NCBI GenBank assembly: GCA_963844715.1
Contig: CAWJPJ010000006.1
Coordinates: 736,001 to 800,000, forward strand
From: an uncultured Phycisphaerales bacterium
GTDB taxonomy: Bacteria; Planctomycetota; Phycisphaerae; Tepidisphaerales; Tepidisphaeraceae
Reading direction: 5' to 3'
DNA: 64,000 bases
The notes beneath the pieces are model-generated. The model was given only the letters and a program-made list of their open reading frames with translations. It had not been told where the DNA came from and ran no database searches. This document shows positions 1 through 11,960 of this stretch, piece by piece (the first letter of the stretch is position 1; each line of letters starts with the position of its first letter). The position numbers and the translations under genes were made by a program.

Positions 1-3000
1 CCGTCGGCGGGGCCATCGGCGACGGCGGCGACGCTTACCAACTAACGCTGTCCGGAGTCAACGGCACACTAACTCTTTCGGGCAACAATACCTTTTCCGG
101 CGGCGTCCAATTCACCTCAGGGGGCACCGCCGGCACCTTCGACATCGACAGTGCCACCGCCCTGGGAACCGGCATCTTCACGATTAACACCGGCGCAATA
201 CTCGACAACACCAGCAGCGGCGCACTGACGCTCAGCGCCAACAACACAATTCATCTCAACGGCGATTTCACTTTCGCCGGCACCCAAAACCTGAATCTCG
301 GCACCGGCGCCGTCAGCATGAATGCCAATCACATCCTGACGATCAACGCCGGCACCCTAACTTTCGGGGGCGTCATTTCGGGGTCTCACGCGGTGACGAA
401 AGCCGGCGCCGGCGACTTGCTGTTATCGGCAGCGAACACTTATTCCGGCGGCACAACCATTAGCGGCGGGACCTTGCTGGCGAATAATTCCAGCGGCTCC
501 GCCACCGGGACCGGATCGATAACGGTCGACAGCGGCGGCACGCTCGGCGGCACCGGAACGGTCACCGGCGCAGTTACCGTCGATTCTGGGGGAAACCTCT
601 CGCCCGGCTCCGGCGGCACGGCAATCTTCAATACGGGAAATCTGGTCCTCTCCTCCGGATCAAATCTGAATATCGCGCTCAACAGCAATACCGCCGGCAC
701 CGGATATGACCAGGTCAACGTCACCGGCACCGTCAGTGTCACGGGCAGCAACCTGGTCCTTTCCGGCTCCAGATCCGCCCGCGACGGTTCGATCCTGGAA
801 ATAATCGCCAACGACGCCTCCGACGCTGTGACTGGCACCTTCCAGGGCCTCAGCCAGGGCGGCACCATCGCTTTCAACGGCGTCACCTACGGCGCCAGCT
901 ACACCGGTGGAACCGGCAACGATGTCTCCCTGACCGCCGAAGTGCCCGCCACATCCACGGCCGTCTCTTCGAACCTCAATCCCTCCACCTACAACACCTC
1001 CGTGACCTTCACCGCAACCGTCTCGTCGACTTTCTCCGGCGTCCCAACCGGAACCGTAACTTTCTATGACGGCGCAACCTCCCTGGGAACAGGAACGCTC
1101 AATGGCTCGGGCCAGGCAACTCTCAGCATCTCAAGCTTGAGCGTCGGTTCTCATTCAATTACCGCGACGTACGGCGGAGACTCCAATTTCAACTCAAGCA
1201 CTTCGTCCGCGTTAACTCAAACCGTCACTGCCGCCGCCGCCGCAAAACTGGTTTACTCCGTTCAGCCGAGCAACGTCACCGCGGGTGTCGCCGACAGCCC
1301 GTCCATCGTTGTCGACGTTGAAGATCAATACGGCAACATCGTGACCACGGACAGCTCCAACGTGACCCTCGCCGTGGCGACTGGCCCGGGAAGCGCCACC
1401 GGCACTTTGACCGTGGCCGCGTCCAGCGGCGCTGCAACATTCAGCAATGTCAAATTTGACACCGCCGGCAGTTACAAGCTTTCCGCAACCGACGGCAGCC
1501 TGACTTCCGCGACCTCGAGTAGCTTTACCGTCTCCGCCGCAGCCGCGTCGAAACTGGTTTACGGCACACAGCCCAGCAACGTCACGGCCGGCGTCGCCGA
1601 CAGCCCCTCCATCGTCGTTGATGTCGAGGACCAATTCGGGAACGTGGTCACCAGCAACACTTCGAACGTCACCCTCGCCGTGGCAACCGGGCCGGGAAGC
1701 GCCACGGGAACATTGACCGTTGCCGCCAGCAGCGGCGTGGCGATCTTCAGCAATGTGAAGCTGGACACGGTCGGCAGTTACACCCTCTCCGCGACAGACG
1801 GCAGCCTGACCTCGGCTACTTCCGGTAGTTTCACAGTCTCCGCAGCCGCGGCTTCGAAATTGGCTTATGGCACGCAGCCGAGTAACGTCACCGCCGGGGT
1901 CGCCGACAGCCCGTCGATCGTCGTCGATGTCGAAGACCAGTTCGGCAACATCGTCACCAGTAACGGTTCAAACGTTACCGTTGCCATGGCGACCGGACCG
2001 GGAAGTGCAACCGGCACCTTAACGGTTGCCGCCAGCGGCGGGATTGCCACGTTTAGCAACGTGATTTTAGACACGGCGGGAAGTTACACACTTTCCGCCA
2101 CCGACGGGAGCCTGACTTCCGCGACCTCGAGCAGCTTTACCGTTTCGGCGGCCGCCGCCTCGAAGTTGGCCTACGGCACACAGCCAAGCAATGTCACCGC
2201 CGGCGTTGCCGACAGCCCCTCCATCATCGTCGATGTCGAGGACCAATTCGGGAACGTCGTCACCAGCAACAGTTCGAATGTCACCCTCGCCGTGGCAACC
2301 GGACCAGGAAGCGCCACGGGAACATTGACCGTTGCCGCCAGCAGCGGATTGGCGACCTTCAGCAATGTGAAGCTGGACACGGTCGGCAGTTACACCCTCT
2401 CCGCAACCGACGGCAGCCTGACCTCGGCGACGTCCAGCAGCTTTACCGTCTCGGCGGCCGCTGCCTCGAAGGTGGTTTACGGCACACAACCCAGCAATGT
2501 GACGGCCGGCGTCGCCGACAGCCCCTCCATCGTCGTTGATGTCGAGGATCAATTCGGGAACATCGTCACCAGCAACAGTTCGAACGTCACGCTTGCCGTC
2601 GCGACCGGACCAGGAAGCGCCACGGGAACATTGACGGTTGCCGCAAGCAGCGGCGTCGCGACGTTCAGCAACGTGAAGCTGGACACAGCCGGAAGCTACA
2701 CACTCTCCGCGACAGACGGCAGCCTGACGTCGGCTACTTCCGGTAGTTTCACCGTCTCCGCAGCCGCGGCATCGAAATTGGCTTATGGCACACAGCCGAG
2801 CAACGTCACCGCCGGGGTCGCCGACAGCCCATCGATCGTCGTTGATGTCGAGGACCAATTCGGCAACATCATCACCGGCAACAGTTCAAACGTGACCCTG
2901 GCCGTGGCCACCGGACCAGGAAGCGCCACGGGCACCTTGACGGTTGCGGCCGCCAGCGGGGTGGCGACCTTCAGCAACGTCATTCTGGACACGGCCGGCA

Positions 3001-6000
3001 GTTATACGCTCTCGGCGACAGACGGTAGTCTGACGTCGGCCACCTCCGGCAGCTTCACGGTCTCTCCAGCCGCCGCCTCAAAACTTGCCTACAGCACCCA
3101 GCCGAGCAACGTCACCGCCGGCGTCGCCGATAGTCCGTTCATCGTCGTCGATGTCGAGGACCAATTCGGCAACATCGTCACCAGCAACACTTCTAATGTC
3201 ACACTCGCCGTGGCAACCGGGCCTGGAAGCGCCACAGGAACCGTAACCGTGGCGGCCAGCAGTGGCGTGGCGACCTTCAGCAATGCGAAGCTGGACACCG
3301 CCGGCAGTTACACCCTCTCCGCGACCGACGGCAGTCTGACTTCCGCGACGTCCAACAGCTTCACGGTTTCTCCAGCCGCTGCCTCAAAACTCGCCTATAG
3401 CACTCAGCCAAGCAACGTGACCGCTGGGGTCGCGATAAGTCCTTCAATTGTTGTCGATGTCGAAGACCAGTTCGGCAACATCGTCACCACGGACGGTTCC
3501 AACGTGACCCTCGCCGCGGCCACTGGTCCGGGGCGCTGTCCGGCACATTGACGGTCGCGGCGAGCAGCGGCGTCGCCACCTTCAGCAACGTGAAAATTGA
3601 TGCGGCTGGTAGTTATACCCTAAGCGCGAGTGACGGCAGCCTCACCAGCGCGACCTCCGGCAGCCTCACGGTCTCCCCCGCCGCGGCGTCGAAGCTTGTC
3701 TACGGCACCCAGCCGAGCAACGTCGCGACCGGCGCCGCGATTAGTCCGTCCATCGTTGTCGACGTCGAGGACCAGTTCGGGAACATCGTCACCAGTAACA
3801 CTTCGAGCGTGACACTCGCCGTGGCAACCGGACCAGGAAGTGCCACGGGCACCTTAACCGTATCGGCCAGCAGCGGCGTGGCGACGTTTAGCAATGTGAA
3901 GCTCGACACCGCCGGAAATTACACACTCTCCGCCAGCGATGGCAGTCTAACCGCAGCGACTTCGAACAGCTTCACCGTCTCCGCCGCCGCCGCCTCGAAA
4001 TTGGCCTACGGCACGCAGCCAAGCAACGTCACCGCCGGGGTAGCCGACAGCCCATCGATCGTCGTTGATGTCGAAGACCAGTTCGGGAACATCGTCACCG
4101 GCAACACGTCGAACGTCACGCTCGCCGTGGCAAGCGGACCAGGCAGTGCCACTGGAACCTTGACGGTGGCGGCCTCCAACGGCGTCGCAACGTTTAGCAG
4201 CGTGATTTTTGATACCGCCGGAAGTTACACGCTCTCCGCCACCGATGGCAGCTTGACATCCGCGACTTCCAACAGCTTCACCGTCACCGCAGCCGCCGCA
4301 TCGAAATTGGTTTACGCCACCCAGCCAAGCAACGTCACTGCCGGGGTTGCTGATGCGCCATCCATCGTCGTCGATGTCGAGGATCAGTTCGGCAACATCG
4401 TCACCAGCAACGGTTCGAATGTGACACTCGCCGTGGCCACCGGCCCAGGAAGGCGCGACAGGCACGCTGACCGTAGCCGCCTCATCTGGCGTGGCAACGT
4501 TCAGCAGCGTGAAATTTGATACAGTCGGCAGTTACACTCTCTCCGCGACCGATGGCAGTCTGACGTCGGCGACTTCCAACGCCTTCACCGTCTCCCCAGC
4601 CGCGGCCTCGAAACTGGTTTATGGCACGCAGCCAAGCAATGTCACCGCCGGCGTTGCCGACAGTCCCGCCATTGTCGTCGATGTCGAGGATCAGTTCGGG
4701 AACATCGTCACCAGCAACAGTTCGAACGTCACCCTCGCTGTGGCCAACGGTCCCGGTTCTCTGTCCGGCACTTTGACCGTCGCGGCAAGCAGCGGCGTGG
4801 CAACTTTTAGTAACGTGAAAATTGATACGGCGGGCAGTTACACGCTGACCGCTACCGACGGCAGTCTGACATCCGCGACTTCCAACAGCTACACAGTCTC
4901 GCCAGCCGCCGCTTCGAAACTGATCTACGGCACAGAGCCGAGCAATGTCGCCGCGGGCGTCGCCGTAAGCCCGTCCATTGTCGTCGATGTCGAGGACGCG
5001 TTCGGCAACATCGTCACCAGCAACAGTTCGAATGTAACACTCGCCGTGGCAACCGGACCAGGAACCGCCACGGGCACGCTAACCGTCGCGGCCACAAGTG
5101 GGGTGGCAACATTCAGCAATGTGACGCTGGACACGGTCGGCAACTACACTCTCTCCGCGACCGACGGCGCGTCTGACCTCCGTCACTTCCAGCAGCTTCA
5201 CGGTTTCTCCCGCCGCCGCCTCGAAACTGGTTTACGCCACAGGCCCAAGCAACGTCACCGCCGGCGTCGCCGTGAGCCCGTCGATTGTTGTTGATATCGA
5301 GGACCAGTTTGGCAATCTCGTCACCGGCAACACATCAAGCGTCACGCTCGCCGTAGCCAGCGGGCCGGGAAGCGCCAAGCGGCACCGTAACCGTGGCGGC
5401 CAGCAGCGGCGTGGCCACGTTCAGCAATGTGAAATTTGATACGGCCGGAAGTTACACACTCTCCGCCGCCGACGGCAGTCTCACCTCCGCGACTTCCGGC
5501 AGCTTCACCGTCTCCGCTGCCGCCGTCTCAAAACTTGGGTTCACCCAGCAGCCGACCAATGTCCAGCCCGGCGGTACGATTTCGCCCGCGGTCACCGTCA
5601 GCGTCGAGGACGCATTTGGAAATGTCATCAGCGGCAACACCTCCAACGTGACGATCGCTCTCGCTAGCGGCCCGGGGTCCTTGAGCGGAACACTCACCGT
5701 CGCGGCCGTCAACGGCGTGGCGACATTCAGCGATCTCTCGGTGAATGCAACCGGAAGTTACTCCCTGAAGGCAACGGACGGCAGCCTGACCTCCGCCACG
5801 TCCGCCGGATTCACCGTAGGCACGGCGATCGCATCCATGCTTGCCTTCGTCCAGCAGCCCAGCAACGGCACCGCCGGCGCGGCGGAGAGTCCCTCCATCA
5901 CCGTCGAAGTCGAAGATCAATTTGGCAACCTCGTCACCACCGACAATTCCAATGTGACCCTCGCCGTCGCGTCCGGACCCGGGAAGCGCCACCGGCACAC

Positions 6001-8336
6001 TGACCGTCGCTGCCGACGGGGGCGTGGCGACATTCAGCGATGTCGAGTTTGATGCGGCCGGAAATTACACCCTCTCCGCCAGCGACGGCAGTCTGACTCC
6101 CGCGACCTCCAATGGCTTCACCGTCTCCGCGGCCGCCCCGTCCAACGTCGTCTTCAGCACCGGCCCGAGCGACGTGACGGCCGGCGTCCCCGAGAGTCCA
6201 TCCATAGTCGTCGATGTCGAAGATCAGTTCGGCAACATCGTCACCGCTGACAATTCCAATGTGACCCTCGCCGTCTCGTCCGGGCCAGGAAGTCGCCACC
6301 GGCACCTTAACCGTGGCGGCCACCAATGGCGTCGCGACCTTTAATAATGTGGTGCTGGACGCCGCCGGAACTTACACGCTCTCCGCCACCGACGGCAGCT
6401 TAGCCTCTGCGACTTCCGATAACTTCACGGTCTCGGCGGCCGGCGCATCGCAATTGGTCTACGGCACACAGCCGAGCAACGTCACCGCCGGCGTCGCCGC
6501 CAGTCCGTCCATCGTCGTGAATGTCGAGGATCAGTTCGGGAATATCGTTACCAGCGATGGTTCCAACGTAACGCTTGCCGTCGCGACGGGCGTGGGAAAT
6601 GCCAGTGGCACATTAACGGTTTCCGCCACCAACGGCGTGGCGACGTTCAACGACGTGAAGATTGACACCGCGGGAAGTTACACATTAACCGCGACGGACG
6701 GCAGTCTCAGCTCGGCGACCTCCGGCAGTTTCACCGTCACCCCCGCCGCCGCCTCGACACTGGTCTTCGCCGTGCAGCCCAGCAGCGTAACCGCCGGGGA
6801 CCCCAACAGCCCCGCCATCACCGTGGATGTCGAGGACCGGTTCGGCAACCTCGTCACCACCAACAGTTCCAACGTGACGCTCTCCGTCGCAACCGGACCC
6901 GGAAGCGCAAGCGGCGCCTTGACCGTGGCGGCCACCAGCGGCGTGGCGACATTCACCGACGTCATCCTCGGCACCGCCGGCAACTACACACTCGCCGCCA
7001 ACGATGGAAGTCTCACCCCCGCCACATCCAATAGCTTCACGATAAACGCGTCTCATGGCGGTCCGTCGGTCGCCGAGATCGCCTCCGCCACGCCGAGCCC
7101 GGTCTCTGGGACCACCACAAATCTCAGCGTCTTGGGAGCCGATGTTTCCGGGGAATCAATTCTCACCTACACCTGGGCCGCGACGGTCCAGCCGGCCGGA
7201 AGCAATCCCATTTTCAGTCTCAACGGCACGAACGCCGCTAAAAACTCGACGGTCACGTTCGACCAGGCCGGCAATTACACCTTCACCTGCACCATCAGCG
7301 ATGGACAGGGCGGCACTGACACCAGCAGCGTGAATGTCGCCGTGAACCAATCCTTCACGACTATCGCCCTGACCGCCAGTCCCGCGGTTTACGTCGGCAT
7401 CGGCGGAAATCTATCTCTCACCGCGATCCAATTGGACCAGTTCGCCCGTCCCATGTCCGAGCAACTTCCCGTCACTTGGTCCATCGTTTCCGGAACCGGG
7501 ACGATTAGCCCCGACGGCGTCTTCACCGCCCCGGCTCTACCCGGCACCGCGGTCATACAGGCAACCGTGGGATCATTTACCGGCAGCATCACCCTCGCCG
7601 CGGTGACGGGCACCGCGCCCGTCAAGATTCCCGTAGCAACTTTCTTTACCGCCACCGAGGCCTCCGGAAACACCAACCCGCTTCTGGAATCCGGCGACAC
7701 GACGAATACGTCGATCCAGCCGCAGGAGCAATCCACGTCCCTTAATTCGACCGACCAGTCGGGATTATCGCTCGGTGTCTCGGGAACGACCTCCGCCCCC
7801 GCGAGCGGATTTCAGCCGAGCCCATTCTTTTCCCCAGCCGGTCATTTCGCCGCGCGGCCCAATAATTCGCTCGTCGCCGGCGCTGCCCAAGGGGCTCTTC
7901 ATCATCCCGCCCCAATAGCCAACGTGCTCAAGCCCGTCGCGGCGCCGCCAGCGCAAAGCCGCATTCGACCCAGTCGCCTGCCCAATTAGGCCCGGTCGAA
8001 ATTACACCGATTAATAGAACGGCGATATTGCGCGATCTTGGCCAGGGGCAGTCGCCTCAGTGGAATCAGGACGTTGCCACCGAGGTTCGCCTCAAGCTTC
8101 GCGTCGGACTGGTCAGCGCCATCGGCACCGGCGCGATCAGCGCCTATCTGCTCTGGCTGATCCGCGGCGGCGGCGTGCTGGCCTCGCTCCTTTCCAGCGC
8201 GCCAGTGTGGAAGCTCGTCGATCCCTTCTTCGTGCTCCCGCGCCGCCGCCTGAGCCGCGCATTTTGGAGACGAAGGAATAAAAAGGAACTCGAAAATCCC
8301 GAAGATCGCCTCTTCGGAAAAAACGAACCGAAATAA
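1..8336 (+). CDS. Giant repetitive surface protein/adhesin, 5'-partial: autotransporter-type beta-strand repeats, Ig-like domain, ~19 tandem 102-aa repeats, PKD/Ig-like domains, C-terminal membrane tail. Frameshifted at about 3535, 4450, 5170, 5380, 5980, 6290 and 7950
   Basis: The frame is open from base 3 into ORF 318-3551 (VTKAGAGDLLLSAANTYSGGTTISGGTL). ORFs 3548-4519, 4491-5294, 5393-6052, 6024-6344 and 6313-7989 continue the same repeat in alternating frames. The frame of ORF 8028-8336 is open back to ~7950 and supplies a hydrophobic tail. Confidence 0.85.
1240..7060 (+). repeat. Tandem coding repeat, 306-bp period, about 19 copies
   Basis: The unit KLVYGTQPSNVTAGVADSPSIVVDVEDQFGNIVTSNSSNVTLAVATGPGSATGTLTVAASSGVATFSNVKLDTAGSYTLSATDGSLTSATSSSFTVSAAAAS recurs every ~306 nt. 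Confidence 0.95.
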
Positions 8337-8340
8337 ACCT

Positions 8341-10753
8341 ATGGCCAAGCTTTCAGATATTCTCAAGCTCGGAAACGCGACCCGCATCAGCTTCGGTCTG
8401 ATTCTCATCGTCCTTTCCGCGCTCGGCATCAGCTACAGCCTCGGCTACCTTCCCAGCCAGGCCGGTGCGTGCGCCCAGCGGCAGATGGAAATCGCCAAAA
8501 CCCTGGCGATCCAATTCTCGGCGGCGATCGAAAACCACGACGCCGGCGCACGTTCAAGACCTCGCCGGCTCGATCGTCGGGTCTCTTCCCGACGTGGCCA
8601 GCATCGGCCTGCGCGGCGTAAGCGGAAATCTCATTTTCGCCACCGCCGATCATGCGGCTAAATGGCAGATCGCCACCACCGCGAAATCCTCCGACGGTCT
8701 TCTCCCCGTCAACGTCGAAATATTCGATCACGACAAGGTCTGGGGCCGATTGGAACTGACCTTCAAACCCGATCCAGTCAGCCCCCAGCGTGAACTACTC
8801 GCCCTCTTCATTTTCGTTACCGCTTCATGCATGCTCGGGTTCATCCTGTTCATGAAGCGAACCCTCCACATTCTGGATCCGTCCCAGGTCATTCCCGAGC
8901 GCGTCCGAGCCATGCTCGATACCCTGGCCGAAGGCGCCGCCATCGTCGACGGCGACGGGCGCATCGTTCTCGCCAACCAATCCCTCGCCGGAATGCTCAA
9001 CACCGCGCGCGATCAATTGCTCGGCGTGCGCCTGGCGGAACTCCCCTGGGTCAATCGCGCCCCGCAGAACGCCGATTCGGATCCCCAGCCCATCCAACTT
9101 CCCTGGGATGACTTTTCCAACAAGGTCGATTGCCGCGGAAAAATGGTCCAACTGAAAACCGAGGCCGGTTCGCGATCCTTGGTCGTCAACGCCTCCAGCA
9201 TTCTCGACGGGCGGCACGGCGTCCGCGGCGGGGTCTTCACCTTCGACGACGTCACTGGAATCGAGCAGAAAAATCAGCAGCTAGTCGAGATGGTCCAGCA
9301 GTTAGGCCACGCCCAGCAGCGCGTCCAGAAACAAAACGAGGAATTGCAACGCCTGGCGACCCGCGACGCACTGACCGGCTGCCTGAACCGCCGCGCGTTC
9401 CACGAACACCTGGCTTCGCTGTTTGCCGCCGCGAAACGGCAGAAACAGCCGCTCTCGGCGATCATGCTCGACATCGACCATTTCAAATCCATCAACGACA
9501 ACCACGGCCACGCGCGCGGCGACGAAGTTCTCCGCGGCGTCGCCGAAATTTTGCGCAAATCCGTGCGCGGCGCGGATGTGGTCTGCCGATATGGCGGCGA
9601 AGAATTCTGCATCCTCACCCCCGCCACCGATATCGACGGCGCCTTTGCCTTGGCCGAAAAATTGCGCCAGGCCGTCTCTCGCGACAAGATCTTTGAAATC
9701 GCGGTGACCGCGAGCCTCGGCGTCAGTTGCACGTCCCTGGGCATTACCACGACGCAGGCACTGATCGACCAGGCCGACGAAGCGCTCTACAACTCCAAAA
9801 ATGCCGGCAGAAATCTCAGCACACGCTTTGATCGTCTCGATCCTTCGGTCGTCAAATCCGAAGACAAGGCCGAAACCATCGTAAGCGGCGAGGAGCCTAT
9901 TCCGATTCAGGCCGTGCGATCGCTCTTTGCCGCCCTCAGCTTCCGCGACCCCAACACGGCGCAGCATTCCAAGCGCGTATCGGAAATGTGCGTCAAGGTC
10001 GGCAGCACCTTTCTCAGCGGCCGTGAACTGCTGATCATCGAAACCGCCGGCCTTTTGCACGATATCGGAAAGGTCGGCGTCCCCGACGCCGTCCTGCTCA
10101 AACCCGGCCCCCTGAACAAAGAAGAATGGCGGCTGATGCACGAGCACGACCGCATGGGCGCCGAGATTATCCAGACCGCCTTCAGTTGCCCGCAGCTTTC
10201 GGCGATCATCGCCCATCATCACGCCAGGCACGAATGGATCACCGACAGCGGCAAACTCGGGCCCGGCGAATTCATACCCCTGTGCGCCCGCCTGCTCGCG
10301 ATTGCCGACGCATACGACGCCATGACCACCTACCGCTGCTATCGCGCCGCCATGTCCACCGACGCCGCTGTGGCCGAACTGCGCCGCTGCGCCGGCACCC
10401 AGTTCGATCCGCACCTCGTCGAGCAATTCATCCGGATCGTCGTCGTCGATTCTTCCGACGCGTCTTCCGCCCAGGCCGAGTCAGACCGCCTCGCCCAAAC
10501 CCTCCGCCTTTCCATGGAGGCCGAGATGCTGGCCACGAAGCTGCTGGAGCGCGATCTGGAGTCCACCGCCGCCATCGCCCACCATCTCGCACAGACCGCG
10601 GCGTCGTTAGGCTCCGACCAAGTCGCCGAGCAATGTTCACTGATCACCCGTTCGCTCGAGTCCGCCGCCGATACGCAAACCCTGCTTGCGCAGACAAGAG
10701 ATTTGCTGGAATGCGTCGCCGGCCGCGAGACCCATGGCTCCGACAAGGCGTGA
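8341..10753 (+). CDS. Membrane-bound PAS-GGDEF-HD(-GYP-like) protein with a C-terminal Hpt-like helical region (frameshift ~8545)
   Basis: Two TM segments flank a periplasmic region. PAS region LDTLAEGAAIVDGDGRIVLAN; RGAD I-site followed by RYGGEEF; HDIGK and ADAYDAMT motifs; C-terminal AHHLAQTAASLG. Confidence 0.9.
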
Positions 10754-11057
10754 AGGCTGATACCGTTTGTTCGCTGCACTGCGACAACAGGCCGATTTTT
10801 CCAATATGCAGGCGTCCTCATTTATTGAAAAAGGACTGCCTAGATCCGCGGTCCCAGGCGGGTACCGCGAACCATATCACCCAAATTACGTGATATCTTA
10901 CCAACCAATACCGCGTCGGTTCCCGAGTTGGGCGTTCATGATCGGGACATTCGCCGACGCCGACTCCCGCCGCCGAATAACCTGATATCGGCCCGGAAAG
11001 AATAAACTCCCCCTCCGCGCGTTCCCTTGTTACCCTTTACACGGAGGGAACCGCGGC

Positions 11058-11889
11058 ATGCCCCGATACCGAAAATCCTTTCGTTCCGCCGACATCGAAT
11101 ATCTCGAGTCGCGCCTCCTCTTCACCTCGATCCCGCTCCCAGTAATCCCCACCGGCGCGGGCCATTTGTTCGTGGTTACCAGTTCACCGTACAACGCCGT
11201 GGGTGACGGGTCGACGGACGACACGGCCGCTATTCAGGCGGCCATCAATGCCTGCAACGCAGCCGGCGGAGGCACCGTCGAGATACCCGTCGTGACGGGC
11301 GCAAAGAATATCTACGAGTTCACCCAGCTCACGCTTGGCAGCAACACCAATTTCCAGATCGACGCCGGCGCGGAGTTGCAAGTGGAACCGCTGGGCGTCG
11401 AGCCCGGAGGAGTCGTTTGCATCGAGGCTTCCCAAGTAAGCAATTTAGAGATCACCGGCGGCGGGGATATCGACGGGAACGGCGGGTCCGGCTCGACGGC
11501 GCCTAGACCGACGGCTCCAGCACCTACCCCTCCGGCGATGGCAGCCCAAGCGGAGATTTCCTGTTCAGTTTCGACGTGTTGCCAGGTGACGTCAACCAAT
11601 CCGGCGGCGTCACCATTCAGGACGTCCTCAACGTCGTGAGCAAACAAGGCTCCAGCACAAGCACCCCGCCAATTATTCCATCTTCGACGACGTCAACGGT
11701 TCCGGCTCGATCACCATCCAGGACGTCCTGGCCACCAACAGCTTCGTCGGCTCGTCGTTGCCCGCCGGCACGCCTACCGAACCGACGATCGTCATTCAAA
11801 CGGCCAACCCCGTATTGCAATCCGCAACCTCCACCGCCCTTCTGAAGAAAAAACACCACATCGCGGATGCTCTTCTAGAAACCCATTGA
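11058..11889 (+). pseudogene. Internally deleted secreted GH28/pectate-lyase-fold protein joined to a dockerin-like C-terminal module
   Basis: LESRLLF motif, then AVGDGSTDDTAAIQAAINACNAAGGGTV up to ITGGGDIDGNG. It then jumps to another frame reading LDGA*TDGSSTYPSGDG...LPGDVNQSGGVTIQDV...DVNGSGSITIQDV, with an in-frame TAG. Confidence 0.7.
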
Positions 11890-11960
11890 AAAATCCCTCA
11901 ATCCGCCGAGAATGGCTTTTTCTGGGGCGATCGAAGGTCCAGAAAGGCCAGGAGTACGCC

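Noticed and set aside
3530..6320. Programmed frameshifting or phase variation in the adhesin
   Set aside because: Several shifts fall near GC-rich GGPG-coding sites but there is no consistent slippery heptamer, and indel density is similar in housekeeping genes.
1240..7060. Regular repeats as a CRISPR array or other non-coding array
   Set aside because: The period is 306 nt and in frame, variation is mostly synonymous, and there are no unique spacers or cas genes.
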